A stretch of DNA of 64,000 nt. Source: Paragordius varius (taxonomy: Eukaryota; Animalia; Nematomorpha). This document shows positions 42,186 to 54,190 of this stretch, one piece after another. The stretch spans positions 9,734,001 through 9,798,000 of the forward strand of contig OZ176050.1 of assembly GCA_964247055.1 (NCBI GenBank), given 5' to 3'. The notes beneath the pieces were generated by a model, which had not been told where the DNA came from, searched no databases, and saw only the letters and a program-made list of their open reading frames with translations. The translations under genes were made by a program, and so were the position numbers. Every line of letters begins with the position of its first letter. Position 1 is the stretch's first letter.

Positions 42186-43120
42186 CTAGGTGTGCCATCT
42201 CACGTCGCTGTTAGTCGATATCAGTAGGAAAAACAATTAAAAATGAACAGATAAATCCACTATATTCAATAAAGTGGCATATTTATAGGACGCGGCCTTG
42301 ATCAAAAAAGGGATCTGGACTAATTTTGCTTTTAAATGGAATATATAGCATTTATATTGTGTTATAAGTTTTGAGAAAAACACTTCCAAGCAGGTTAGTT
42401 TTATTTAGCGACGTGCATAATATAGTTACCCATGGGTTAATTTAAAAAAGCGCTTACTATATTCACCTTTGATATTACAATTACTTGAAGCCATTTTAAA
42501 TTTTAAATAATCTCTTAAATTGAACAAAAAATTGCTTCCAAGTTAGGTAGTCGTGTATTGAGAGATGTAGCTCTGTCCAGCGGCTATTTTAAAAACGCTG
42601 GATTAATTTTGCTTTTATAATACGTAGGCCCATGATTGAATTACATGGTCATATAACTTATCAGTGACTTATTCTCAGGTGCTATAACGAGGAGCTTATT
42701 AAAAAAGCCAAATTATAATTTGTCTTTATACGGAAAATAACCAAACTATTTAATCTTTATGGTGTAATATGTTTTCTAAAAATTTGGTTCAAAACCATAT
42801 TTTTATATGGTGGCGCATTTTATCGAGGGTGGAGCCGTACCCAGCGGCTAATATAAAAAAGCGCTAGGTTAAAATATTTGCCTTTATACTAGGAATAACT
42901 ATTAAAGTTATATGGTCCTGTAAGGTGAATTTACGGGACTAAAAGAACTAAATTTAAAAATAGCTGGTTATGTTCGGCGTTATCATTGAATATGATGCCT
43001 ACATGTTTTCAGGAAAAATGTCCCAAAGACACATTACGGATTTACCCTTTTTAAAAACCCCTATTTTCAAACAAATGGGCTAAACTGAGGAGTTATATCA
43101 AAAAATAGGCCGATAGTCGG
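42186..43120. repeat. Degenerate tandem repeat, period about 265-285 bp, probably internal to a MITE
   Basis: Recurrent (g)ctgga(c/t)taattttgcttt-like and cagcggcta...aaaa(a)cgct motifs near 42311, 42597 and 42862. Confidence 0.5.
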
Positions 43121-44091
43121 TGCGGTTGAATAAAAATCTTAATTTTTAATGCGCCTACACATTTAATTGTTTTAAAGTGAGCATTCCACATTTTTATAAA
43201 TTATATAGATTTGTACATATTCTAATTTAAATATGACCTATAAAGCTCGTCAAAAATTTTAGCCGTACAAGTTCACCAGGAAAACCATCTAATTTATTAA
43301 ATTCCAAAAATTCATCAACAAATATATAGAGTATAGGTAAAATATAAAAACAATTATATTCAACGGAATTCAACCGTTCATTGACTTAATTTTGAAAAAC
43401 AACCAATTGTTTTACTAATATAGGTCAATGTTTTGCAATACCACTATAAACGGTACTATGGCTACTTTAACAATTCCTTAAAAATATTAACTACATTTGG
43501 GAAAATTAAATTATTTATATGCGTTTAAGCTTATTACTTAGTAAATATTTTTTTAAAAAAATTTAAAATTATTTTAGCATTGAATACATAAGATAGATAT
43601 AAATTTAATATAATTTTTAGCGTTTTACCAAGTTTAGAAAATGTATTGCGAAAATACAGAATCAGGTTTTGGGCGCATTTTTTGCAATCATTTATGTTAT
43701 ATGACATTAGACCTCCAATTTTTTCTGAAAGTTTATCTATAAATATATCTAAAAAAACGAGACTCCCAAAGCTCAAAAGTTTAAAATGTAACAATAGTGT
43801 TTATTTAAAAAAATGTTGGCCAATATTAATTGCTCTTTTTATTTATAAATAAATTAAAATATAAATTAATGTAATAGAAATGAAAATATTTATAATCAAT
43901 GCAATATATTAAATTGTGTAACTAAACCAATAAAACCCCAAGTTATCTCAAAGTTGTTTAATGTATTTAACCCTTTTATTTGCTTGAAAAGCGTTTATAC
44001 ATTACTGATATAAAATACGTTGCGTTGCGCCTGTTAAGAGGTCAAAAAAAGGCCCTTAAATCACCATAAAAACATAAATTAATTAACAACA

Positions 44092-47000
44092 CTATAAGGT
44101 ATTTATTGCACTGTATTGCTTTAAAAATTCAAGCGTCTCTCCAATCTCATCCTTTTCCACGGGTATTAGGGGATATGGATTCTTGATTTTTTCCAAAGCA
44201 CCCAATAAATTAGCAAGAAAATTGTTTTGGATGTTAGCACCATTCTCAATCATTGTGCTTGATAACAAAGTTCGAAATGTGGAATTCTTGGGTAAACCTA
44301 TCATCCATCATACGATAAGGTTATTATATGATTGTTAATATTTATTTTCGTATCCAATATATTAAATTTTTAATTAACTCTGAAAAACATAATAAATATG
44401 GTTACAATTTGCTATAAAATATTATAATCTACCATTTCCGAGCCAAAAAAAAACGTTTTTTCATCGAAACGATGTCCATGTCAATCGAAACATTTTCCCA
44501 GTGAATAAAAACAATGTCCCAATCAATATAACCGTTTTCCCGATCAATGAAAACGATTTAATTTTTGATGATAAATAACAAAACAAGACATGAAAATAAC
44601 TTTAAACCATTAAAAGCATATCAATAGATATTATTTTTTAATTAAACACAATTAAATGACAATTTTTTCTATGTATGCCAATACACAATCATTGATAACT
44701 TATTCTTTAAAAGTTGTATTTATAACTGAATGATTATTATGGTTTATGAGCTAAAAATATTTTGCAATTCAAACTGATTTTTAAACATTCGATGTTTGAC
44801 CCTGATAAAAATATTGGAAAAAAATTTCCTAAATAAAAAATATTTTTAAAATGTTAAATTTCAATGAAAAATATTTAATAAAAAAGATATTTGACCAAAA
44901 GATACATTATATAAATTATGCCTAAGTTTCAAATGTTAAAAAAATGTAAAGTGTTAAACGACCGACTTGAAATGTCAATGGTGTTTTTTTTATTATAATT
45001 TCATCCGAAACTATAGATATTTAAAGGTTAGCCCGAATATTAAGGCGAACCATTGATCTCGAAATAAAAAAGTTTATGAAAAATTTTCTAAAAAATATTT
45101 TTTATATGATTATTTCAAAACAATAAAATACTCATTCCGTTAATAAAAAGCTTTTGGAGAATAAATCATAAAGGATTGTGTATTGGCATATAATAAAAAA
45201 ATTGTCATTCAATTATTCTGATTCTCTATAAAATAAATCCATATAGTATCATTAAAATAAAACCGTTTTTATTGACTGGGAAAATTTTGTTATTGACTGA
45301 AAAAATGTTTCGATTGAGTGGGAAAACGTTCCGGTATATTTAAAAAGATAAAATTATAGCATTCATTTTAAAAAAACCTGTTTGATATGAAGGTGGGAAA
45401 TTAAATATCCAAGGATATAATGGCGAAAGTTCTATACGTTTCGGGTTTGTGTATGATTCTACAATGGCTTGTTGTTTCTTACTAGAAAATATAAGTAAGT
45501 TAAGCTTAAAACCACTGATAATAGAAAAATATACATTGCTCAACATCCGTATCATAACTCTTTTTCAAAAAATATTAATATTTTCTTAGATTTTTTAGAA
45601 AAATATTTAGTATCATTCGACAGATATAACAAAAATGATTTTTTTTTATTTTTGGCTCATACGATGAGGAGATAATTAATATAAAAGGATTCGACTGTAT
45701 ATAATAATGTTATTAAATCCTATATATATCTTTTATAGAAAACTTTTCAATTTGGGCATCCATATTAAATGATTCAAAACCACGCATGATAGTGAAAATA
45801 GGACGACGTTTTTGGTTATCATCTAACTTATTTGAAGCGTAGGGTGTAAGAGCAAATGGTTTGGTTTGATCAGATATATCACATGTATGCGTGTCAGGAA
45901 AAAATAATTGTGTTGTAATCTTTCGAATCTTAATATATTCAACAGATTTTTAGGTGCAGTAATTTTTATTCGGATAAAAAAATTATAATATGCTTTATCA
46001 TGTAAAAAAAATAATTATTTTGTACTAAAAGATAGTTTACTGGCATTCACTTAATATTGATGGATTTTATGTCATTTAAATCATTATAAAAACACTAAAA
46101 ATGAAATAATCGATGTGTATACTAAGAATATTGTCTGCTTTCATGAGTAATACAATTTTATAAAAAAAATCGTTCCGTAAATATGTGTTCATTATTTAAA
46201 TAAAATGATTGAGGTATATAAGTTTACCAAAATAAAATGTAAAAAATATACCCATACCTTATCATTGGAGGGCTGACTTTGATTTAAAAACTGATTTAAT
46301 GAAACCATATCCCATTTATTGGAATGACTATATAGATCATCCATAGAACCTAGGATCAAACTGAACAATGCTGCCTTATTTTCCATGGATGTCATCTGAG
46401 AATATAACAATTATTTAAAAAAATGTGGTAAATATATGTATTTTTTATACAACCAGAATAGAGCCTAATTCATCAAATTTTTCGCGGAAAAGGCTTCTAA
46501 AATTATTTTAATTTGAAAGAAAAAATCAAGCGAAAAAAAAATCTTAAACAAAGAAAATATTTGAACCACTGCCAAAAATAAATAGCAACCTATATTAACA
46601 GGTAGGTACCCTGATAACATTTACCATTATTGTTCATTCCTTCGCCTTGTTCGTCTATTAACACTTCGATTTAAATTGGGGTATCGAAATACCCCAGACA
46701 TAAATTTGAGTTAGGATTTATAAAAAACTACTGAATGAAACGGTCACAATTTAAATTTATGCTTATATCCTAATAAAAATTATATAAATATCCCAAAATA
46801 TCTAAATAAAACTTTGTTTTGAAAAAAAAGTTCCATGTCAAACTTCTTCGACGCCATTTTTATTTTACAAAATTTTTGCAAAATATCGTCTTCATTTAAT
46901 TTTAAGGGTAATATTAAAGCTAATTTTTTATATAAATTACATCTAACATTGATAAAAATAGAAAAAATGGTTTATTTTGTATTATATTTTAATTTTACTA

Positions 47001-50000
47001 TTGCAAACATGTCACGTTGATCAATTTTTACCTTTCGGTTTTAGCTTAAAATAAGTAATATCAAGTATTTCTGAATAAATTTTTATATATTTCGATTTAT
47101 TAATGTATTATGAGTGCAAAATTTTGCCATGGTTTTGATTTCTTTCATATTTTTTAAAGAATTTAATATTAAACAAGCCTGGGGTATTCTACCCCAATTT
47201 GAATCGAAGGACTAAAATGAATGTGTTGTATCCAAGTGTTAAATCAATATTAAATTAAGGCTAAAACCATAATTTTTTTTAAAATGACTCAAATATAAAT
47301 CAAACCCTATGAAGTGTATATATAGAAAAAAAATTTAAAAAACATTTTCACAGGGGCAATTAAATTGTAATGTTATAGTATTATGACTATTTAGAGAAAT
47401 GGAATTAATGCATTTCTCAAGAAATATAAAAACTGGTACATTCTTTGGATATCCCAAAATGACAAAATCCCTGGACTATACGATTCTGTTTTGATGTTAA
47501 TAATCACAAGGACAAAATTATTGAAGAATATTTAACAAATAAAATACTAATTAACAACCGACTGTGAGGATATACATTGTAGTCATCGCATGAAACAATA
47601 TTTCAATCATTATGCACATCATTTATAGTTATCTGCATTTAAATATATACTATTAGCATTAACATGCACATCTCATTTTTGTTCATTGCTATATCAATTC
47701 CCCTATTGGATAAAAATTATTTATATTTAAACCATTTTATTTTAATTATTATTTTAATAAGTAAACATTATATATATATATTTGGTTTAAAAAAAATTAT
47801 AAAAAGAAGATAATTAGTGATAATGTTGTGAGAAGAAAAAAGTTTCGTTTTAACTACTTGTAAATTTGTAAAAAATTAACACTATCGTATTAAAACTTTA
47901 GCGGCACCAAATTCTTTAAAATTAAATAAAGTACTCTCTCTTTTGATAATTGATCAAAACTTAAATTGTGTTATTGGAACCATTAAGTTTTCAAAATTTG
48001 CTTCCCCAAAAGGCTAAGAGATAAGGTAAAATTGTGCAATTGTTAAGTTATGATGCTAAAGTCCTGATTGTGACAGCTAAAATTATTACGTGATTGAAAA
48101 ATATTTTCTAATAATGGTTTACAACCTATAAAATATATAAATTACATAGCTGTGGAAAACAAAAATTTAAAATTATCTGTTTTCAACTATTTTCAGTTTT
48201 GTAAACGCGATGTGATGAAATTGAAGACAGTACATATACGATTAAACTGGTATTTGTGGACGAAACGATAATCAAATAAGAAAACACGTAGTAAAGACTG
48301 CATACGAATTTTGAGTCTATTATCACCGATTTTTAAAGTGTTTTAAATCTGATTCAATATATGATAGTCACCTGCTAGCGATATTCAACTCTTAAAACTT
48401 ATTTATTTGAGTGATTTTGCTTTATTCAATTTAAACATATATCATTGTGGTACTAATTGACTAGTTATGACCATGATTAGTAAGCATTCAGACCGATTAT
48501 TTTTGAAGGGTAAAAACATAACCCTAATTGTAACAATACGTATGACAAAATGTATACGTGAAACCTAAATTATTTAGTTATCATACATTCAATGGAGTAA
48601 AAACTAGGGTTGTGCTGACCAAGTCATGACCCGGTCAATTGACCTGGTCTTCAGGTCAGTGACTATTTATTTTTTAGCCATCATTTAAAAAACAGCTGTT
48701 TTTTGAAAAATTGCCGGTACATTTTTTAAAAGAGAAATAATTGTTTTTTAATATATTTATAAATTAAATATTTATATATGCTTATTTAACAATATAAAAT
48801 TGTTAAACATGCATCATAATACATTAGCATTCCAGCTAATTCGAAAACAAAATCAAACATGCAAAATATGTAATTATTACATATATGTAAACCAATATTT
48901 TTACAAAACATTTTATAATTGAATGTTTGATGAAAAAATGTTTAAAACAAACTAGTTAAAATTTTATTTGAATCCAGTTTAAAAAGCTATGTATTTGAAG
49001 ATTCAGAAGGCCACAAACATGTGGCAAAATTTATTTGAAAACAAAATTGATTATATTTGATTTATAATATTTGCAAATAATAAATATCAAAATGTAAACT
49101 TTTTATGACATTATTAGTAAAACGCAAATGTCGTACAAACATTATTTTCACAATCAAATACCACATGCTATTTACTTTAGTAAAAAGTGGTCATGACCGT
49201 GGTCTGACTGGGTCTGACCGGACTTTTTCAAAAAAGCAGTCAAATGCACAACCCTAATTAAAACATATGAGATTTAATTATTTATTACCATGTCAGATTT
49301 TATGAGGTGATCATTGATAAGCCGATCATGGTTAAATGCATTAAAAGGTGTTGCCGACACGGATAATGGGTAAATATTAAAAATATTTAAATCCACAATG
49401 ACAGATTCCAACAACATTGAGATATTTAATAAATGTGAGTATGAAAGTGCAAAAGGCTTTCCATATTTCAATTCTTTATTAATAACATTTTTCCGTACAA
49501 TCTACACATAAGAAAACATATTCAACCATTTCTATATGTTCCAAAAACAAAAATGTTTCACACGATTTAGAATGGTATTCATCTTTTAGTATGTTTAATA
49601 TGCAATTTTGAGTGCTGAAATTTTCATATTGGGGATCCACTAAAATTTCAAAACCCTGCAACTTAAATTAATTATTACTTTAAATGTATCACTCGTTTCC
49701 AAAAAGGTTTGGATGTTGTCAGTGAAACATTGAGATAATTGTAAACTAAATTATACCATATTTTACTTGTTAATCGTATTAATATTAATTATACTAGGGT
49801 CAACTAGCATATTATACCATTGCCTAGGCAAATCTTTTTCATCATTCAATTCTTTTATATTTTCCTCATTATATTCACAAATTGATGGGTTCCTAAAATA
49901 CAAGAATCACTATACCCAAGAATTCGATTTATAAATAATTGGCCATGATCATCCAACTAAAAATCAAAATACTTATGTACTTTAGATAAATTATTTAATT

Positions 50001-50055
50001 TGCAAAGCGCTAAGGTCCAACAAGCCAAATCCCCAAGACTTACCACAAAAGACAT
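44092..50055 (-). CDS. MSTO1: Misato/MSTO1 (DML1) tubulin-like protein, divergent, 427 aa. Exons 49981-50055, 49916-49956, 49767-49892, 49679-49745, 49527-49655, 49289-49501, 46258-46395, 45744-45928, 45378-45481, 44092-44297
   Basis: Spliced frame of 1,284 nt with no internal stop. FLETSDTFKGFEILVD..FS..ILKDEYHSK (cf. YVEECDYLQGFQILCD..FS..LQDEYSGR); AALFSLIL..LY..DMVSLNQFL; IMRG; SPLYPWIF; VEKDEIGETLEFL. Introns 24, 23, 21, 23, 25, 2,893, 329, 262 and 1,080 nt. Confidence 0.82.
44451..45334. mobile_element. Foldback/MITE with long degenerate inverted termini inside MSTO1 intron 9; related remnant near 55200-55300
   Basis: aaacgttttttcatcgaaac..ttttcccagtgaataaaaac at the left is mirrored by gtttttattgactgggaaaa..tgtttcgattgagtgggaaaacgtt at the right. 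Confidence 0.6.
46662..47211. mobile_element. piggyBac-type MITE, copy 1 (in MSTO1 intron 6)
   Basis: TTAA|CACTTCGATTTAAATTGGGGTA left end and an inverted right end. The body is homologous, in opposite orientation, to 57536-58084. Confidence 0.7.
48605..49256. mobile_element. hAT-type MITE (in MSTO1 intron 6)
   Basis: TIR TAGGGTTGTGC / GCACAACCCTA; degenerate 8-bp TSD GTAAAAAC / ATTAAAAC; subterminal GACC(C)GGTC-like repeats. Confidence 0.72.
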
Positions 50056-51941
50056 GTGTAAATTTAAATTTAAAAACCTTACGCTTCAATGTTCAGTTAT
50101 GTTGATATTCAAGCATTTATTTTTAAATCCACAATTGTTACGGTTCTACACTAGTCCTTTGCCAGTTTTAAGAGTTAATAAATCTTCATTAAAATTTCAA
50201 AATAAAAAGGTAACTTAGATATATAATTTTAGATTGATGGAACAATTAAAGCATATGCCTCGGCCGATTTTTTCAATTTAAATCAAGTTTATTCGTATTT
50301 TATGAATAATAATTATCTTATACAAGAATCGCCTGAAGGTATTTTACTTTTATACTTAAGATTTAAAATCCGATGTGTTGTTTATTAAGTCACCAAAACA
50401 ACCCTCTTACGTTTTTGTCTTTCAAGAAGGCGTGTCTGTTTTTTGGAATAGCTCCGATATTCAAGCATATACCGACCTAATTATAGATTAAAACAATATT
50501 AAATGATCTCAGACCCTTTACACAAAATGCATATAACCAAGATCTAATTGAGGAAGAAAGTGATTCATTGGATACAATTTATCACGAGTAATATTTAACT
50601 AATTATAAAGACATCAAACAAATTTTCATGATGGTGATATATATTTAGGCAAAAATTCTCCAAATATATTGGAAATGTACACATTTTCAAATTCCCTTGC
50701 GCAATCTGGTAAATTTATTTTTATATTTAAGTCAAATTGGGTATATGGGAGCATATGTTGGATAATTGTGCTGATTCTTTGGAAAAAATTGTTGAAGTAA
50801 TTGTTTTATGAATTGGTTAAAAAATTATATTCGATGTAGGTTTTTAAGTTATTTTAAATTTTATATTAATTTTTTAAAATATTACTTTTATGTTTTATAT
50901 TTATGTAGGATATGAAACATCGATCAATGATAGATATGACGGAAGATCAGGCCTTGCAAAAAGCCGGTGAACTTTTTAAATTACGCCATCAAATTAACAT
51001 TGCATCCGATCTTTTAGATTCTCCCGATTTTTATTGGGATCGGGATGATTTGGAACAATTATTTGATAAAACTAGCAAATATCTCAACATCCCTCGACGA
51101 ACAAAAGTAAGGGTACATTTATTTAAAATAACGATTATACATATCTATGAGTTAATTAATTTTATTTACTCTATTAAACTATAATATGGGTAATTACAAT
51201 CGAAAAACGATTACCTAGATTCAGTTTAAAATTATTTGTAAAAATCATCTTAACATATCGTAATCTAATAATATAACGAATAACTTAGAGTGATATTCTA
51301 AAGGGTGTCCAACCCAAATGGCTTTGCGGGCCGCATTTGAAATATATATGGACATTCATAGATAATTTATTAGTTAAGCATAAGATTGAAAATACAAATG
51401 CAATTTAACATTTTTTCAGTTGTTGTTAATTTAAATGACTTTATTTTTTTTATTTAAAAAGAGTGAACTATATCATTCGAAAATTAATAAATTTAATTAA
51501 TTTTAAAGAAATCCATTTAGTCTTTACTATTTTATTATTAGAAAAATTGTATAAAAAATATCAATTTTACTAAGTGTTGACATAGTTTTTCTATAGATTT
51601 CGAAATTTTTTGCAGACCGCATACTGCCCACCCCTGTTCTAAGTTCTGATTCTTTTCTTAGGTTAACTTACGGTTTCCTCCCGAAAAAATACTCAAAGAG
51701 TTGTACTCATTTATTTTAAATATTTTATATTTTTAGATAATGAATGAAAAGCTAAATCATTGCTTTGAACTTGTAACCCTGATAAAAAGTTATTTGAATG
51801 ATAAACACCATGTTCGATTAGAATGGATGATAATTATTTTGATATGTGTTGAGGTAAATAAATTTTTTATTATATCAGGTGATTCTTGGCCTAATATCGA
51901 CATTCAAAACATTATACACTCCCAATACTCAAGAATCATAA
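50054..51941 (+). CDS. RMND1: RMND1 (mitochondrial translation factor), about 335 aa from ATG 50054 (alternative ATG 50099). Exons 50054-50209, 50233-50338, 50361-50464, 50487-50587, 50611-50708, 50732-50796, 50909-51106, 51737-51853, 51879-51941
   Basis: [10 protein letters not shown]; [13 protein letters not shown]; [20 protein letters not shown]; [28 protein letters not shown]; [24 protein letters not shown]|VIL. The 1,008-nt spliced frame is colinear with RMND1. Introns 23, 22, 22 (GC-AG), 23, 23, 112, 630 and 25 nt. Confidence 0.93.
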
Positions 51942-52427
51942 ATTTGAATTATACACTTGTGATATACCTTTATTTATATATCAATTATATATCACTAATA
52001 AATTCTAAATGTTGGAACTGGTAATATAAAGCGATTAGAAATGATTTCTAGACTTTAATAATCTATATTTTGTATTTGCATTATTAAGATTTACTCACTG
52101 TTAAAATTTATCATATCTCTATATAATAAAATATATTGTTCTATTTTCCAATTAATGAAATTTTTTATTAATTACCCATAATAACTTTTCAATTATATGT
52201 GCTGTCAACAAGGTTTTTTTTTATTTTTGGTTTATTTGAACTTTTATAGATATATAAATAAAATTTGTTTGTATCAATAAATTATCGTTTTTAGCATGTA
52301 AAAGCGTAGAGCAAAAACCGCTTTTTCTATAAATGCGTTAAAAAGCGCTCTAAATGGCATCGCAAAAGCTAAATTTAATTAAAAGGGTGTTAAACTGTGT
52401 GTTACCATTTGGAATGCAAACTTTCTA

Positions 52428-54190
52428 TTGGAAAATTCTGCCAATGAGATCGAAGATATTACTAATGTAGCTAAACAAATTGCAGACTGTATTAGACTAA
52501 AATGTCAACAGTTCTTGCAACATGATAATTTAGAATTTAAGCCTGAAATTGCTATTACATGTGGATCTGGGCTTGGAAACATCGTTAAAGAGTTAATATC
52601 TGCTCCTACTGTTAATTATAATAATCATAACTATCTCATTATACCTTATGCAAGTATACCTCACATGCCAATATCACAAGGTATTTTTGCTGCATATTAT
52701 GTTTTTACCACCAAGTAATTTATAAAAAGTTATTTGAAATTTTATGTTTGGTTTTTTTATCATTACAGTAGAAGGCCATTTGAATCAAATGGTTTTTGGT
52801 ATTCACAATGGTGTTCAGTTCCTATGTTTCCAAGGACGAGTTCATATATATGAGGGCCTTCCTGACTCAAAAGTATAAAATTATAATGTTAATTTGTATT
52901 GGTGTAGGTTATAACTGAAACTTAAATTTAATGCAGTTTTTTATGATATATATGTACTAAAATACCCGTTTCAAAAAAAATATATTCCTATTAGTTGACA
53001 TTAATCATAAGAGCCTTGCACATGCTTGGGATTGGGTGCCTTTTCCTTACAAACGTGTCTGGTTGCATTTCACCCCGTTTTAAAATGGGCGATATAATGG
53101 TTATAAGAGATCATGTAGACTTGCCAAGTCTGTTTGGCTATTCGAACAATGGATATTACAGGTTATATGTCATATGTAAAATTGACTGTTACACCTAATT
53201 ATGTACTTTTGGCATCGATCCTTTATCATACCCTTAAAAACCTTATAAATAGCAACGTTTGTTGGTAGTGTGACATATTGATGTAGTTTTGGTTTTAAAT
53301 TATATTTTTACGACTGTTTCTGTTCTGTAAATAAATATTAAAGGTTACACTGCCTTCTTGTAATATTTTATAATCCATTTTAGATGTTTTTATTATTATT
53401 ACATTAAAAGTAATCAGTTATCGGTAATATTGTGTATCATAGTTTTCTATCCATGGCATCTACACATTCTTCATTAGTTTTTCCAATAATTTACTTTTAC
53501 TATGAATTTTTGTAGATACTTAATTTGGTGTTTTATTATAAATATTTAACCCATCTTACATATAATAGGAGCTAAATCTTATTATTTTAGATCTAATAAA
53601 TCTAATGGTTCAACTTATTCGGAGGATCTCATAAGTTTAGCCTTACAATCGGCCAATGATTTACATTTAGGGGATATTTGTCGCCAGGGAGTATATATTA
53701 GAGCCAGTGGACCCAATTATGAAACTTGTTCTGAACGAGCCTTCTTTCAACGAAGTGGAATGGGAGACGCGATAGGTTATATAATAAATTAAATTAATTT
53801 TCATTTAATTGAAATATATTTTTAATGTTATCCCCTTTTCTATTTTATTTTCTTCATGAGGTATAATACCATATAATTAAAAAATAACTTTTTAAATTTA
53901 AAACGATTAATTTATACGCTTTATTTTCATAATTGACTTACGATGCATTTTTAGGGGCCAGTACTGCTAATGAAGCTACACTAGCCCATAACTTAGGCAT
54001 GAAAGTGTGTGGATTTAGTTTGATAACCACTAATTATGAAAATGCTGATAATTTATTAAATGAAACCGGAAATCAGGGAAAATCTACTTTTATAGATCAT
54101 AATCAATTAATTAATTTTTCAATGGATGATGGAGCTAAAAAATTGGGACAAATTTTGAAAAGAATGATTGAGATGCTTGCGCAAAATTAA
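52428..54190 (+). CDS. PNP: Purine nucleoside phosphorylase paralog 1 (divergent; start unresolved). Exons (52428)-52680, 52769-52872, 52995-53161, 53591-53775, 53955-54190
   Basis: IAITCGSGLG, VEGH, FQGRVHIYEG, LTNVSGC, GDIMVIRDHVDLP, SGPNYET, GDAIGASTANE, GFSLITTN. Introns 88, 122, 429 and 179 nt. Confidence 0.88.

Noticed and set aside
44092-44304. Initially read as a LINE C-terminal fragment
   Set aside because: It splices in phase to 45378 and matches the MSTO1 C-terminus, so it is the last MSTO1 exon.
46835-47020. Near-identical ORFs at 46835-47020 (+) and 57728-57928 (-) suggesting a duplicated small gene
   Set aside because: Both lie inside copies of one TTAA-flanked MITE; no splice or homology support.
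48200-48300. KLVFVDETIIK, resembling a Tc1/IS630 catalytic motif
   Set aside because: Too short and isolated to call a transposase.
50010-50043. Perfect GTG|GTAAGT donor in MSTO1 exon 1 (34-nt candidate intron on - strand)
   Set aside because: Splicing it produces a stop within four codons, whereas the unspliced frame is open and joins exon 2.
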